From NCBI GenBank assembly GCA_963677595.1, contig OY782041.1, positions 2,400,001-2,464,000 on the forward strand: a stretch of 64,000 nt of DNA, read 5' to 3'. The stretch comes from Spirochaetia bacterium (lineage in GTDB: Bacteria > Spirochaetota > Spirochaetia > CAKZLE01). This document shows, in pieces, positions 63,612 to 64,000 of the stretch (its first letter is position 1; every line of letters begins with the position of its first letter). Below the pieces are notes generated by a model. That model did no database searches, was not told where the DNA came from, and saw only the letters and a program-made list of their open reading frames with translations. The position numbers and the translations under genes were made by a program.

Positions 63612-64000
63612 CCCCACACTGTCATTGAAAACTTGAGTAATAGTCCATTTGCATGTCATTTCCCTTGCAGAATACGGACTTTATTGCTATACTGTTATTA
63701 GAAAAGGTTCTAATAACAGGAGCGTCCATGTACATAGGATATGATATCAAGAATGGTATCAAGTATGCAAAGATCTGCACGGGCAAGCGTATCAACGGGA
63801 AGGTGGTAACCTCCCAGAAAAGCTTAGGGCGCGTTCTCGATGAAGCTGCTGGCATATACCAGAGCAGGGAGCGCGGAGTCTTCACCTTCGATGTTGAGAC
63901 TGGTGAATACGGCACCCCTGATGCATCCTTCGTCCCGACTGGCACCAGGAGGAAAAATGCCCAGGAGAAGCTCATCCTGAACTTCGGGGATGCCTTTGTG
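63612..64000 (+). mobile_element. Left end of a probable IS1634-like insertion sequence (truncated by the window)
   Basis: Candidate left end near CCCCACACTGTCATTGAAAA followed by a transposase-like ORF; the partner inverted repeat is not visible. Confidence 0.5.
63728..64000 (+). CDS. Transposase N-terminus, IS1634-like (partial)
   Basis: RBS AGGAG; MYIGYDIKNGIKYAK...LGRVLD...SRERGVFTFD...KLILNFGDAF, recalled as typical of IS1634-like N-termini; open to the window end. Confidence 0.6.
   Translation, partial: MYIGYDIKNGIKYAKICTGKRINGKVVTSQKSLGRVLDEAAGIYQSRERGVFTFDVETGEYGTPDASFVPTGTRRKNAQEKLILNFGDAFV

Overview
Window from a Spirochaetia genome (16S signature, EF-Tu and gene order suggest a Sphaerochaeta/Spirochaeta-like lineage; this is an inference). 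1-18.0 kb is the right part of a siphovirus-type prophage: tail tube, G/GT chaperone with a -1 frameshift, tape measure, tail-tip and fibre genes, a 3TM holin, an AT-rich pair of diguanylate cyclases, a small ORF, an HTH/xis gene and a tyrosine integrase, ending at an initiator tRNA-Met. 18.2-29.6 kb is host core: a sigma54-type promoter with hsp20, a lipoprotein, MMPL, PrsW, clpB, a MocA-like transferase, DUF554 and glgP. 29.9-57.5 kb is a contiguous translation/transcription supercluster (tRNA-Thr, rpmG, tRNA-Trp, secE, nusG, rplKAJL, rpoBC, rpsLG, tuf, S10-spc-alpha). It is followed by an rRNA operon (16S, tRNA-Ala, 23S, 5S) and the start of an IS1634-like transposase. Best candidate for a new system: three consecutive tail genes whose Ig-like domains are cut before their last beta-strand, with that strand apparently supplied by the N-terminus of the next protein. 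This suggests a pilus-like fibre joined by donor-strand complementation. All calls come from reading the sequence by eye; no searches were run.
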